Source: Candidatus Aminicenantes bacterium (lineage in GTDB: Bacteria > Acidobacteriota > Aminicenantia > Aminicenantales > JAFGAV01). Taken from it: DNA of 64,000 nt. This document shows, piece by piece, positions 1 to 9,454 of the stretch. Numbering within the stretch: position 1 is the stretch's first letter; the number at the start of each line of letters is the position of its first letter. A program made the position numbers and the translations under genes. Under the pieces are notes generated by a model. The model saw nothing but the letters and a program-made list of their open reading frames with translations. It ran no database searches and was not told where the DNA came from. The DNA lies in the NCBI GenBank assembly GCA_016933515.1, contig JAFGAV010000113.1, positions 19,023 through 83,022 of the forward strand, in the 5' to 3' direction.

Positions 1-1619
1 CCGCCGCCGTCAAGGACGCTTCGATGTGCGGTCTGGGACAGACGGCCGCCAATCCCGTGCTCTCGACGCTGAAATTCTTTCGCTCCGAGTACGAAAAACA
101 CGTCCTCGAAAAGCGCTGCCCGGCCATGGTCTGCAAGGAAATCATTTCCTCGCCCTGCCAATACACCTGCCCCATCGGCCAGGAGGCCTCGACGTATATC
201 GCCCTCATCGCTCAGAAAAAATTCGAGGAGGCCTACCAAGTCATCCGCAAGGACAATCCCCTGCCCTCGGTCTGCGGCCGGGTTTGCAGCCGGACGTGCG
301 AGAGCGCCTGCAAGGCCGGAGAGATCGGCGATCCGATCGCCATCCGGGCCTTGAAACGCTTCGTCATGGACTGGGCCAAGGAAAAGGGACTGGACGTTCC
401 GGTCAAGTTCCCCATGACCAAGACTCAAAAAGTGGCCATCGTCGGCGCCGGGCCGGCGGGCTTGTCCGCCGGATACATGCTGGCCCGCCAGGGCTATCCG
501 GTCCGGATTTTCGAAGCCCTGCCCGTTCCGGGAGGCATGCTGGCCGTGACCATCCCCAGCCACAGGCTGCCCAAGGACATCCTGCAGGAAGACATCGATT
601 ACATCATCAAATCCGGAGTGACGCTCAGGACGAACGCCGCCCTCGGCAAGGATTTCACCCTCGACGACCTGTTTGGCCAGGGTTACAAAGCCGTCTTCCT
701 CGCCACGGGCGCCCATAAGCCCATCGAAATCGGCGTCCCCGGCGAAGAAGCGGAAGGAGTTCTGCAGGCCCTGGAATTTCTCAAGGATGTTCATCTCGGC
801 CGCCCGCCCGAGCTCGGAGCGCGTGTCGCGATCGTCGGCGGTGGGAACTCGGCCGTCGACGCCGCGCGGGTGGCCCTGCGCGACAAAAGCGTTAAGAAAG
901 TCACGATCCTCTACCGCCGGACGAGGAAAGAAATGCCCGCCTATCCTGAGGAAGTGGAGGCCGCACTGGAGGAGGGCATCAAAATCGAATTCCTGGCGGC
1001 CCCGACGCGCGTCCGCACCAAAGGCGGACGGGTCGTCGGCGTCGAGTGCCAGAAAATGACGCTGGGAGAAAAAGACGCAAGCGGAAGGGCCAAACCCGTG
1101 CCCGTTCCCGGATCGGAGTTCCAGGTTCCGGCCGACACCCTGATCCTGGCTTTGAGCGAGAGGGCTTACACGCCCTACCTCAAGGACAGCGACGGCCTGA
1201 TTCTTTCTCCCGAGTGGGGGACGATCGTCGCCGACCCGGTGACGATGGCCACCACGCGCCCCGGCGTCTTCGCCGGCGGCGACGTGGTGACGGGGCCGTC
1301 GAGCGTCGTCGAGGCCATCGCCGCGGGCAAGGCTGCGGCCCAATCGATCGAGGATTATCTCGAAGGCCGGCCCCTGGCCCGAGCCCGCCGCCTCACCCGG
1401 CCCTCGCGATACGTCGAGCCGGTCATGCTCAGCGAGGAAGAAATCGAGCGGGCCAAGCGGCCGAAAATGCCCCACCTTCCGCCGGGCAGGAGAAAATCGC
1501 TCCACGAGGAAGTCGAGCTGGGGCTCAGCCGGGACGTCGCGGTCCGGGAAGCCCGGCGCTGCCTGCGCTGCGACCTCGAAACCGAGGACGGGAAGAAAGC
1601 GACGGGGAAAACGATATGA
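1..1619 (+). CDS. NuoF/HydB-like C-terminus fused to GltD/NfnB-like FAD/Fe-S oxidoreductase (5' truncated by window edge)
   Basis: Starts with [17 protein letters not shown] (NuoF Fe-S motif), then [25 protein letters not shown] and GGGNSA Rossmann motifs, GVFAGGD and terminal EARRCLRC. Confidence 0.85.
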   Translation, partial: AAVKDASMCGLGQTAANPVLSTLKFFRSEYEKHVLEKRCPAMVCKEIISSPCQYTCPIGQEASTYIALIAQKKFEEAYQVIRKDNPLPSVCGRVCSRTCESACKAGEIGDPIAIRALKRFVMDWAKEKGLDVPVKFPMTKTQKVAIVGAGPAGLSAGYMLARQGYPVRIFEALPVPGGMLAVTIPSHRLPKDILQEDIDYIIKSGVTLRTNAALGKDFTLDDLFGQGYKAVFLATGAHKPIEIGVPGEEAEGVLQALEFLKDVHLGRPPELGARVAIVGGGNSAVDAARVALRDKSVKKVTILYRRTRKEMPAYPEEVEAALEEGIKIEFLAAPTRVRTKGGRVVGVECQKMTLGEKDASGRAKPVPVPGSEFQVPADTLILALSERAYTPYLKDSDGLILSPEWGTIVADPVTMATTRPGVFAGGDVVTGPSSVVEAIAAGKAAAQSIEDYLEGRPLARARRLTRPSRYVEPVMLSEEEIERAKRPKMPHLPPGRRKSLHEEVELGLSRDVAVREARRCLRCDLETEDGKKATGKTI

Positions 1620-2320
1620 TCACCATCCTCCTCAACAACGTCGAGGTTCAGGTCGAAGAGCACTGGACCGTTCTTGAAGCGGCCAAGTTCTACGGCCTGG
1701 AGATTCCCACGCTTTGCCACAACGAGGGCCTGAGCCCTTACGGCGGCTGCCGTCTGTGCCTGGTCGAGATCGGAGAAAAGCCGAAAACCCGTCTCGTCTC
1801 GTCCTGCACCTACCGCGTCGAGCCGGGCCTGGTGGTCAGAACGGACACGCGGCGGGTGATCCAAGCCCGAAGGATGATGATCGAACTGATGCTCTCCACG
1901 GCGCCCAACTCCAAGATCCTCCAGGATCTCGCCTCGCGCTTCGGCGTCACCCAACAGAGGTTCACGCTCCGCAACGAGGAATGCGTTCTGTGCGGGCTGT
2001 GCGTCCGGATGTGCGCCGAGCAGATGGACGGACGGGCCATCGGCTTCCAGAACCGGGGCCACAAGAAAAAAATCTCCACTCCATTCGACATCCAATCCGA
2101 GGTGTGCCGGCTGTGCGGCGCCTGCATGTACATCTGCCCCGCCTGCCAGCTTCGCTGCCAGGGGCCCGAACCCGACACCGCCATTTGCAACGCCTGCCTG
2201 ACCATGGAGCCCACCTGCCTCGAACGCTACGACGAGCTCCAGTGCTGGATGTACGACGCCGGAAGGTGCGGGACGTGCGTCCAGGACGCGCCGGAGACGG
2301 GCCGGCCGAAACCGGAATAA
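1616..2320 (+). CDS. NuoG N-terminal-like 2Fe-2S/4Fe-4S protein with Cys-rich tail
   Basis: ATG at 1616 overlaps the upstream stop. [17 protein letters not shown] (2Fe-2S), [11 protein letters not shown] and [12 protein letters not shown] (4Fe-4S). Confidence 0.85.
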   Translation: MITILLNNVEVQVEEHWTVLEAAKFYGLEIPTLCHNEGLSPYGGCRLCLVEIGEKPKTRLVSSCTYRVEPGLVVRTDTRRVIQARRMMIELMLSTAPNSKILQDLASRFGVTQQRFTLRNEECVLCGLCVRMCAEQMDGRAIGFQNRGHKKKISTPFDIQSEVCRLCGACMYICPACQLRCQGPEPDTAICNACLTMEPTCLERYDELQCWMYDAGRCGTCVQDAPETGRPKPE

Positions 2321-2378
2321 CGACCCATGGACATCCCAGATCGGTTTAGGAAGAGACAGCAATTTTAAGGAGGTCCCC

Positions 2379-3956
2379 ATGTCTTATACCAAACTCAACC
2401 GCAGCGCGGCGACACTGACGAAAAACAGGACGGAAGGTTCGATCAGCCCCTTCAGCGGGATGTGCGTCACCTGCGTCGACGGCTGCATCGGCATGTGCGA
2501 GATCGGCAAATCGGCCTACCGGGGCCCGGAGGTCCTCTACCCCCAGCCCTTCGGCATCATCACCGCCGCCTCGGAGAAGGAATATCCTTTCGACCTGTCG
2601 CATTTCAGCATCATGGGCACGGCCGCCGGGGCCCACGGCTGCGCGGCCGACTCCGACGTGGCGACCTTCGAGAAAGTCAGCGTCGAGACCGCGATCGGGC
2701 GCGACAAATCCATCAAGCTCAAACTGCCCTTCGTCCTGGGAGGCATGGGCTCGACCAACGTGGCCAAACAGAATTGGGCGGGCTTGGGAACGGGCGCCGC
2801 CATCTCCGGCGTCGTCCTGACGATCGGCGAGAACGTCTGCGCCATGGACGAGGGCTCGGAAATCAAGAACGGCCGGGTCCTTCGCTCGCCCGACATGGAG
2901 ATGAGGGTCAAGGCTTTTCAGGACTGGTACGACGGCTACGGCGCGGTCGTCGTCCAGGCCAACGTCGAGGACACGCGCCTCGGCGTCCAGGAATACGCCA
3001 TCGACAAACTCGGCATCCAGGCCGTAGAACTCAAGTGGGGCCAGGGCGCCAAGGACATCGGCGGCGAGGTCAAAATCAAGAGCTTGAAAAAAGCTCAGGA
3101 GCTGCGTCGGCGGGGCTACATCGTTCTGCCCGATCCCGAGGACCCGAACGTCATCAAGGCCTTCGAGAAAGGCAGCTTCAAGGAATTCGAGCGTCATTCC
3201 CGGTTGGGCATGGTCGAGGAGGAGAGCTTCATGCGGCGGGTTGAGGAGCTGCGGCGGGCCGGCGCCAAGCACATCTTCCTCAAGACGGGCGCCTATCGAC
3301 CGGCCGACTTGGCCCGGGCCGTCAAGTTCGCCTCCAAGGCCAAGCTCGACCTCCTGACCGTGGACGGCGCCGGCGGCGGAACGGGCATGAGCCCCTGGCG
3401 GATGATGAACGAATGGGGCGTCCCTTCTCTTGAAATCTGGTCGCTGACTTACCGTTACCTGCACACGCTGGCTCAAAGCGGAGATTATGTTCCCGACACG
3501 GTTTTCGGCGGCGGCATCACTTTCGAAGACCAAATTTTCAAGGCCCTGAGCTTGGGCGCGCCCTACGTTAAAGCCGTGGGCATGGCCCGCGCCCCTTTGG
3601 CCTCGGCCATGGTGGGCAAGACGATCGGCAAGCGGATTACCGAAAGCCAGATTCCGGTCTATGTCGAACGCTTCGGCTCGTCGGTCGAGGAGATTTTCGT
3701 CACCTCCCCCGAGCTCAAGCTGTATTACGGCGACCGCTTCAAGGACCTGCCTACGGGAGCGATCGGCGTTTACACCTACTTCAAGCGCCTCAGCCAGGGC
3801 TTGCGCCAGCTCATGGCCGGGAACCGCAAGTTCGGCCTGGAATACATCACCCGGGACGACATCGCGTCGCTGACCAAAGAGGCGGCCGATATCTCCGGCA
3901 TTTCCTACGTTCTGGACGTGGACAAGGACGAGGTCGAGAAGATTCTCAAGAGCTGA
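2379..3956 (+). CDS. FMN-binding glutamate synthase family protein (stand-alone GltB synthase-domain-like)
   Basis: RBS AGGAGG. ELKWGQGAKDIGGE and VDGAGGGTG motifs; N-terminal CVTCVDGCIGMC. Confidence 0.85.
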   Translation: MSYTKLNRSAATLTKNRTEGSISPFSGMCVTCVDGCIGMCEIGKSAYRGPEVLYPQPFGIITAASEKEYPFDLSHFSIMGTAAGAHGCAADSDVATFEKVSVETAIGRDKSIKLKLPFVLGGMGSTNVAKQNWAGLGTGAAISGVVLTIGENVCAMDEGSEIKNGRVLRSPDMEMRVKAFQDWYDGYGAVVVQANVEDTRLGVQEYAIDKLGIQAVELKWGQGAKDIGGEVKIKSLKKAQELRRRGYIVLPDPEDPNVIKAFEKGSFKEFERHSRLGMVEEESFMRRVEELRRAGAKHIFLKTGAYRPADLARAVKFASKAKLDLLTVDGAGGGTGMSPWRMMNEWGVPSLEIWSLTYRYLHTLAQSGDYVPDTVFGGGITFEDQIFKALSLGAPYVKAVGMARAPLASAMVGKTIGKRITESQIPVYVERFGSSVEEIFVTSPELKLYYGDRFKDLPTGAIGVYTYFKRLSQGLRQLMAGNRKFGLEYITRDDIASLTKEAADISGISYVLDVDKDEVEKILKS

Positions 3957-3979
3957 ACGGCCGTCCCGCGATTCTCCAG

Positions 3980-4013
3980 GGCTTCTCGTCCTCCGGACGA
4001 GGAGCCTTTTTTT
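3980..4013 (+). terminator. Rho-independent terminator
   Basis: GGCTTCTCGTCC-tcc-GGACGAGGAGCC stem followed by T7. Confidence 0.85.
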
Positions 4014-4100
4014 ATCCGCGCCAGGCGCCGAAGCCCTCTCCAGCTCCCCGATCACCGGGCCTTTTTCTTTAAGCGCCGATGTGTTATAAATGACGGCGAT

Positions 4101-4775
4101 ATGAGCGTTCTCATCATCGTCTTCCAGCTCTTCGCTCTGCTGTTCGCCATCACCATCCACGAGGCGGCGCACTCCTGGGCGGCGATGAAAAAGGGCGACC
4201 TGACGGCCTACAGCATGGGCCGCGTGTCGCTCAATCCCCTGGTTCATATCGACCTCTTCGGCACGATCATCATGCCCGTCCTGCTGGTCCTGTTCCGAAT
4301 GCCGGCCTTCGGTTGGGCCAAGCCCGTGCCCGTCAACCCCTTCAACCTGAAAAATCCCCGCCGGGACAACCTCTGGATTTCCTTCGCCGGGCCGGCGGCC
4401 AATCTCTTGGCCGCCTTCGGCTGCCTCGTGCTCATCGTCCTTCTCAAATCGCTCAGCCCCGATGCTCAGTCCTTCCTCTCAAACATCGGTCTTTCCCCGC
4501 AGCTCTCCGTTCTCAAGCCACTCGGCGGCCTGGTCCTCCTGCTCTTTTATTCCGTGCTGATCAACACCTACTTGGCCGTCTTCAACATGATCCCTGTGCC
4601 GCCCCTGGACGGTTCGGGCGTGCTCATGGGGCTGCTCCCCCCTGAGGCGGCCTCCGCATACGAAAAAATCCGCCCCTACGGCTTCCTGATCGTCATCGGC
4701 CTGATCTATCTGGGAGTGTTGGGCGTGATCATCCGTCCCATCCAGAATTTCATCATCCGCGTCGTCTTCCTATGA
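4101..4775 (+). CDS. Site-2 protease (M50) family membrane metalloprotease
   Basis: HEAAH, AGPAAN and NMIPVPPLDG motifs; hydrophobic. Confidence 0.92.
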   Translation: MSVLIIVFQLFALLFAITIHEAAHSWAAMKKGDLTAYSMGRVSLNPLVHIDLFGTIIMPVLLVLFRMPAFGWAKPVPVNPFNLKNPRRDNLWISFAGPAANLLAAFGCLVLIVLLKSLSPDAQSFLSNIGLSPQLSVLKPLGGLVLLLFYSVLINTYLAVFNMIPVPPLDGSGVLMGLLPPEAASAYEKIRPYGFLIVIGLIYLGVLGVIIRPIQNFIIRVVFL

Positions 4776-5770
4776 CCATGCCCCCCCCGGAGAAAAAAAT
4801 CGTCTTCAGCGGCGTCAGGCCCACGGGTCCCGCCCACCTGGGAAACTACGTCGGCGCCTTCAGAAGCTGGCTCCGCCTCCAGGACGACTATCGCTGCTTC
4901 TATTCGATCGTCTCCTGGCACGCCCTGAGCTCGGAATACGCCGACGCCCGAGCGATCGGAGGCAACATTTTCGAAATGGCCGTGGACCTCCTGAGCCTGG
5001 GGCTCGATCCCCAGCGGTGCGTCCTTTTCGTCCAATCCGACGTTCCGGAGCACGCCGAGCTCCATCTCATCCTCTCCATGTTCATCCCCCTGCCCTGGCT
5101 GGAGAGGGTCCCCACTTACAAGGAGATGCAGCAGGAGCTGGCCGACAAGGAGCTCAACACCTACGGTTTCCTCGGCTACCCCGTTCTCCAAACCGCGGAC
5201 ATCATCCTCTACAAGGCCGAGCTCGTTCCGGTGGGCGAGGACCAGGAGGCCCACTTGGAGCTCGCCCGTGAAGTGACCCGGCGTTTCAACCGCCTTGTGG
5301 CCCCCATTTTCCCCGAGCCGCAGACGCTTCTCACCGAAGTGCCCCGCCTGGCGGGAACCGACGGCCGCAAAATGAGCAAATCCTTCGGCAACGCGATTTA
5401 CCTCAAGGACTCGCCCGAAGTCGTCCGCGAGAAGATCGCGACCATGGTCACCGACACGCGGCGCAAGCGCCGCACGGACGCGGGGGAACCCGAAGACTGT
5501 CCGGCCTTCACCCTTCACAAGGCGTTCGTCGCCCCGGATGTCCGGGAGGAACTCGCCCGCGGATGCCGGACGGCGGGCATCGGCTGCCTGGAATGCAAGC
5601 AAGCGGCGATCGACGCTCTGACGAAGTTCCTCCTCCCCTGCCAGGAAAAGCGGCGTGCGTTCGAGAACAACCCGGACTCCGTCCGCGACATTCTGGCCGA
5701 GGGCGGACGCCGGGCGCGGGAAGAAGCGCGCCGGACGATGGCTGAGGTTCGGGACCGTCTGGGGTTGTAG
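4772..5770 (+). CDS. trpS: Tryptophan--tRNA ligase
   Basis: SGVRPTG..HLGNY, YPVLQTADI, VPVGEDQ, KMSKS. Confidence 0.97.
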   Translation: MTMPPPEKKIVFSGVRPTGPAHLGNYVGAFRSWLRLQDDYRCFYSIVSWHALSSEYADARAIGGNIFEMAVDLLSLGLDPQRCVLFVQSDVPEHAELHLILSMFIPLPWLERVPTYKEMQQELADKELNTYGFLGYPVLQTADIILYKAELVPVGEDQEAHLELAREVTRRFNRLVAPIFPEPQTLLTEVPRLAGTDGRKMSKSFGNAIYLKDSPEVVREKIATMVTDTRRKRRTDAGEPEDCPAFTLHKAFVAPDVREELARGCRTAGIGCLECKQAAIDALTKFLLPCQEKRRAFENNPDSVRDILAEGGRRAREEARRTMAEVRDRLGL

Positions 5771-6535
5771 ATGGAACCGGTTCCCGTTCCGGAGGCGGAT
5801 GTCTACCAGGTCCGGCTCGAGGTTTTCGAGGGACCGATGGACCTTCTGCTGTTCCTCATCCGCAAGAAGCAGATCGACATCACCGACATCCCCATCTCGG
5901 CCATCACCCGAGAATACCTTTCCTACCTGGCGCGCAAGGAGCAGATCAACCTCGACCGGGAAGCGGAATTTCTGCTCATGGCCGCGCTTCTCATATCCAT
6001 CAAATCGCAGCTCCTCCTGCCCCGCGAACAGCCCCCGGCGGACGAGGAGGATCCGAGGCGGCCGCTCGTCGATCGGCTCCTCGAATACGAGCGGATGAAA
6101 AGCGCCAGCCTCCTCCTGCGGGAGAAGGAGGAAGCGCAGCTTCAAACCTGGCGGCGGATGTCCCCGCCGCCCATCGATGTCGCCGACGAGCCGGGACTCA
6201 TCGAGGTGTCCCTCTTCGACCTGGCCGAGTCTTTTTTTCTCCTCCTCAAGCGCCGGGAGAGCGAGAATTTCCAATACCTCAAGGGAAAGGACGTCTCGCT
6301 CGACGAAAAAATGAGGGACATCATCCGCGAACTCGAAGAAAAGCACTATCTCGACTTCCTGGAGTTCCTGGCCAGGCAGGAGAGCCTGGAGGAAGCCCTC
6401 ATCGCCTTCTTCTGCCTTTTGGAACTCATCAAGGCCGGCGCGGTCATCGCCGTCCAGGAGCGCCTTTTCCACACCATCAAAGTCTGGATGCGAAGAAGCC
6501 GGTCCTTCCCCGAAAACCATGGACAACCCGCTTAA
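5771..6535 (+). CDS. scpA: Segregation/condensation protein A
   Basis: FEGPMDLLLFLI N-terminus; FFCLLELIK C-terminus; adjacent to scpB. Confidence 0.95.
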   Translation: MEPVPVPEADVYQVRLEVFEGPMDLLLFLIRKKQIDITDIPISAITREYLSYLARKEQINLDREAEFLLMAALLISIKSQLLLPREQPPADEEDPRRPLVDRLLEYERMKSASLLLREKEEAQLQTWRRMSPPPIDVADEPGLIEVSLFDLAESFFLLLKRRESENFQYLKGKDVSLDEKMRDIIRELEEKHYLDFLEFLARQESLEEALIAFFCLLELIKAGAVIAVQERLFHTIKVWMRRSRSFPENHGQPA

Positions 6536-7169
6536 AGATATTCTGGAAGCGCTCATCTTCATCTCCGTCGAGCCCCTGTCCATGGACAGGATCAAAGAGG
6601 TGCTGAGCGACCGGACCGAGGAGGAACTCCGCCGGGCAATCGAGGAGCTGTCCGCCGAATATCTCCGGGAAGGGCGGGGGCTGCGGCTCCAACAGGTGGG
6701 CGGCGGTTTCGTGCTGGCCACGCGGCCGGAGCACGACCCCTGGGTGCGGCGCCTGCTCCAGATCGAGCGCAAGACGAAACTTTCCCACGCCGCGGTGGAA
6801 ACCCTGTCGGTCGTCGCTTATCATCAGCCCGTCACCCAACCCGAAATCCAGGCCATCCGAGGCGTGGACTCCTCCTACACGATCAAGACCCTGCTCGAGA
6901 AAAAGATCGTCAAGATCTGCGGCCGCAAGAAGGCGCCGGGCTCGCCGTTGCTTTACAGGACCACAGACAGGTTCCTGGCCTATTTCGGCCTGAACGATCT
7001 CAGCGATCTGCCCTCCGTGGAGGAAGTGGCCAAGATGCTCGAGGAGGGGGACGTCCCCGAGGAGAAACGGAACGGGATGCGGGAAGAAAAAACGGTAGAC
7101 AGGAAAAAGGACGATACAAAAGAAGAGCCTCAAGAAGACGAACAGGACGAAAACCGGGACGGCTCCTGA
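6519..7169 (+). CDS. scpB: SMC-Scp complex subunit ScpB
   Basis: LEALIF, LSHAAVETLSVVAYHQPVT..IRGV, PGSPLLYRTT..FL.YFGL. Confidence 0.96.
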   Translation: MDNPLKDILEALIFISVEPLSMDRIKEVLSDRTEEELRRAIEELSAEYLREGRGLRLQQVGGGFVLATRPEHDPWVRRLLQIERKTKLSHAAVETLSVVAYHQPVTQPEIQAIRGVDSSYTIKTLLEKKIVKICGRKKAPGSPLLYRTTDRFLAYFGLNDLSDLPSVEEVAKMLEEGDVPEEKRNGMREEKTVDRKKDDTKEEPQEDEQDENRDGS

Positions 7170-7321
7170 GCGGATCGCGTCGCCGGACGACCGCCGCGCG
7201 CCTTTGGATTTGACGGGCCGGCCAGGGCCTGGTCGCGGCCGCGGCCCGTCCCCGCCTCTCTTCGAAGGTCTTTCAGGCCCTCCTCAACATCGTCGAGCTC
7301 GGCCGACTGCGTTTTCGGGCA

Positions 7322-8320
7322 TCACCTGATCATCCCCGGTTCCCAGACGATGCGCCCGCCGCGGTCGATATAGACATCCCGGCCGCTTCGAACCACCCTG
7401 GCCAGGCCGTTGATGAAATAATCCGCGCGCTCAAAACGCAACTCCACGGCCACGGCGCCCTGTTTGTCGACATAGCCCCAGCGCTCGCCCCGGCGGACTG
7501 CGGCCAAGCCCTCGTTGAAAGGCAGGGCCTCATCATAGAGGGCCATGATGACCGCTTTCCCCTCGGCGTCGATAAACCCGAATCGTCCCGAGGGCGGCAA
7601 CCGGACGGCGGCCAGCCCGTCCGAAAAACGCTGCGCCTCCTGGAAAACACGGCCTTGGAAAACAGCCGATCCCCGTTTGTCGATGTAGGACGCTCCGGAA
7701 GGCGTCCGGACCACGGCCCGGCCTTCCTGGAATTCCGAGGCGCCCTCAAACCGCGGGGGGATGACAACCCGGCCTTCCCGGTCGATGTGGCCCCAGCGGC
7801 CTTGAATCCGGACGGCGGCCAATCCCTCGAAGAAATCGCCCGCTTCTTCAAAACGGGCGGGAATGGCGCGGCGGCCCTGGCCGTCGATGAATCCCCACAA
7901 TCCCCCGGCCTTCACTCGGGCCAGGCCTTCCTGAAAAAGCCCCGCCTCTTCGACCGCCGGCATGGAAAGCATGCGTCCGGTCCGGTCGATGAAGCCCATC
8001 CGCCCCCTCAATCCGACCGCCGCCATCCCTTCGGAAAAGGGGCCGGCCCGTTCAAATCGGGCCGGAATCGCCGTCCGGCCCGAGATGTCGATGTAGCCCC
8101 ACATCTCTCCCTGTCTCACGGGACAAAGGCCCTCGGAGAAAAATCCGGCTTCCTCATACCGGGCCGGGACGGCTAAGCGGCCCGAGGCGTCGATAAAACC
8201 GACCTTGGACAGGACGCGGACTTCCCACAGGCCGCTTACGTTGTCCAGGCGTTTGTCCCGGGCCGAAAGGACAAGACCGGCTCCCAGAACAAGGAAGACC
8301 ATCGCCGTCAAACGCCTCAT
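7322..8320 (-). CDS. Secreted WG-repeat (KWG-type) protein
   Basis: Signal peptide after RBS GGGAGG; about eight repeats of WG[YF]ID..G...IP.RF..A..F.EG.A.V. Confidence 0.9.
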   Translation of the reverse strand: MRRLTAMVFLVLGAGLVLSARDKRLDNVSGLWEVRVLSKVGFIDASGRLAVPARYEEAGFFSEGLCPVRQGEMWGYIDISGRTAIPARFERAGPFSEGMAAVGLRGRMGFIDRTGRMLSMPAVEEAGLFQEGLARVKAGGLWGFIDGQGRRAIPARFEEAGDFFEGLAAVRIQGRWGHIDREGRVVIPPRFEGASEFQEGRAVVRTPSGASYIDKRGSAVFQGRVFQEAQRFSDGLAAVRLPPSGRFGFIDAEGKAVIMALYDEALPFNEGLAAVRRGERWGYVDKQGAVAVELRFERADYFINGLARVVRSGRDVYIDRGGRIVWEPGMIR

Positions 8321-8512
8321 GTGTTTCCTCCCTTTCATCGGGGTGTTGACCTCGCCGTGACGCTTTCTCAGGATCAAATCATAGAACATCGCCGCGAAAA
8401 GTCCAAGAGCGGCCCCCGGTCCCGGCGCCGATTCCGGCTGGAGGCGAATGCGGTTTTCCTGAGGGGAGCGCTCTCTCCCGCCCCTAAGTTCAGAGTTTAT
8501 CTACACTTAAGG

Positions 8513-8541
8513 TTGACAAACTCATTCCCGCGGAGTAGACT
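8513..8541 (+). promoter_or_regulatory. sigma70 promoter of ispH-rpsA operon
   Basis: TTGACA-17-TAGACT. Confidence 0.8.
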
Positions 8542-8575
8542 AAATCACTATTTTTTGCGAGCGCATTCTCAGTCC

Positions 8576-9454
8576 ATGGAAATCATCGTCGCTCCCAATG
8601 CGGGGCTGTGCTACGGCGTCAAACGGGCCTTGAACCTCGTCCGAAAGATCCGCCGCCAACGCACCGGAGCCGTCACCACGCTGGGCGATCTCATACACAA
8701 TCCCGGCGTCATACAGGAGCTCAAAAGCCAGGGCATCGGTTCCGCCGAAACTCCGGAGGAGATACCGGAAGGCACGGTCATCATCCGCAGCCACGGCGTT
8801 TCGCCCGAAGTCTACGACATTCTCGAACGCCGCCGCCTGGACGTTGTGGACGCCACCTGTCCCATCGTGCACAGAATCCAGAAGCGCATCGCGGCCCTGG
8901 CGCGCCGCAACATCGAAATCATCCTTGTCGGCGACCGGGAACACCCCGAAATCAGGGGCCTTGTCGGCCACAGCCGGGGCAAAGCGTTGGTCCTGGACAC
9001 CGAGGAGAGCGCCACCCTCCTGCCGATCGCAAAAAAAAGGGCCGCCCTGGCCCAGTCCACGCTGGATCTCTCTCTCTTTAAAAAGATCGTCGCTGAGATC
9101 CTGGAACGAACCGCCGAACTGAGCGCCTTCAACACCATCTGCCAATTCACCCAGGCGCGACAGAAATCGACTTCGGAACTTGCCCGCCGTGTGGAGGCGC
9201 TGTTCATCGTGGGCGGCCGTTTGAGCTCCAACACCGCCAAGCTCTACCACATCTCGCGCCGCATCCTGCCCCGGACCCATTTCATCGAGTCGGCGGCTGA
9301 AATCCGCCCTGAGATGCTGGAAGGAGTCGAGCGCATCGGCATCTCCGGGGGAGCCTCGACTCCTCCCGAAGCCATAGACAAGGTCGTCCGGACCATCCGC
9401 GCCGGCCTTGAACCCAATCCCCGGATGGAGAAGAACGTCCCATGTCCGAAATGA
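8576..9454 (+). CDS. ispH: 4-hydroxy-3-methylbut-2-enyl diphosphate reductase
   Basis: GLCYGVKRA, IHNP, RSHG, DATCP, HPE, NTIC, SSNT, GASTP. Start moved to ATG 8576. Confidence 0.95.
   Translation: MEIIVAPNAGLCYGVKRALNLVRKIRRQRTGAVTTLGDLIHNPGVIQELKSQGIGSAETPEEIPEGTVIIRSHGVSPEVYDILERRRLDVVDATCPIVHRIQKRIAALARRNIEIILVGDREHPEIRGLVGHSRGKALVLDTEESATLLPIAKKRAALAQSTLDLSLFKKIVAEILERTAELSAFNTICQFTQARQKSTSELARRVEALFIVGGRLSSNTAKLYHISRRILPRTHFIESAAEIRPEMLEGVERIGISGGASTPPEAIDKVVRTIRAGLEPNPRMEKNVPCPK

Noticed and set aside
8483..8512. Imperfect inverted repeat just upstream of the ispH promoter
   Set aside because: No similarity to the MITE TIRs and no TSD; too weak to call as an operator.
8321..8575. Long N-terminal extensions in the ORF track (ispH; also 1046, 40833, 43876, 51151, 62281 starts)
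   Set aside because: The extensions run through promoters or upstream genes; family homology begins at downstream starts.
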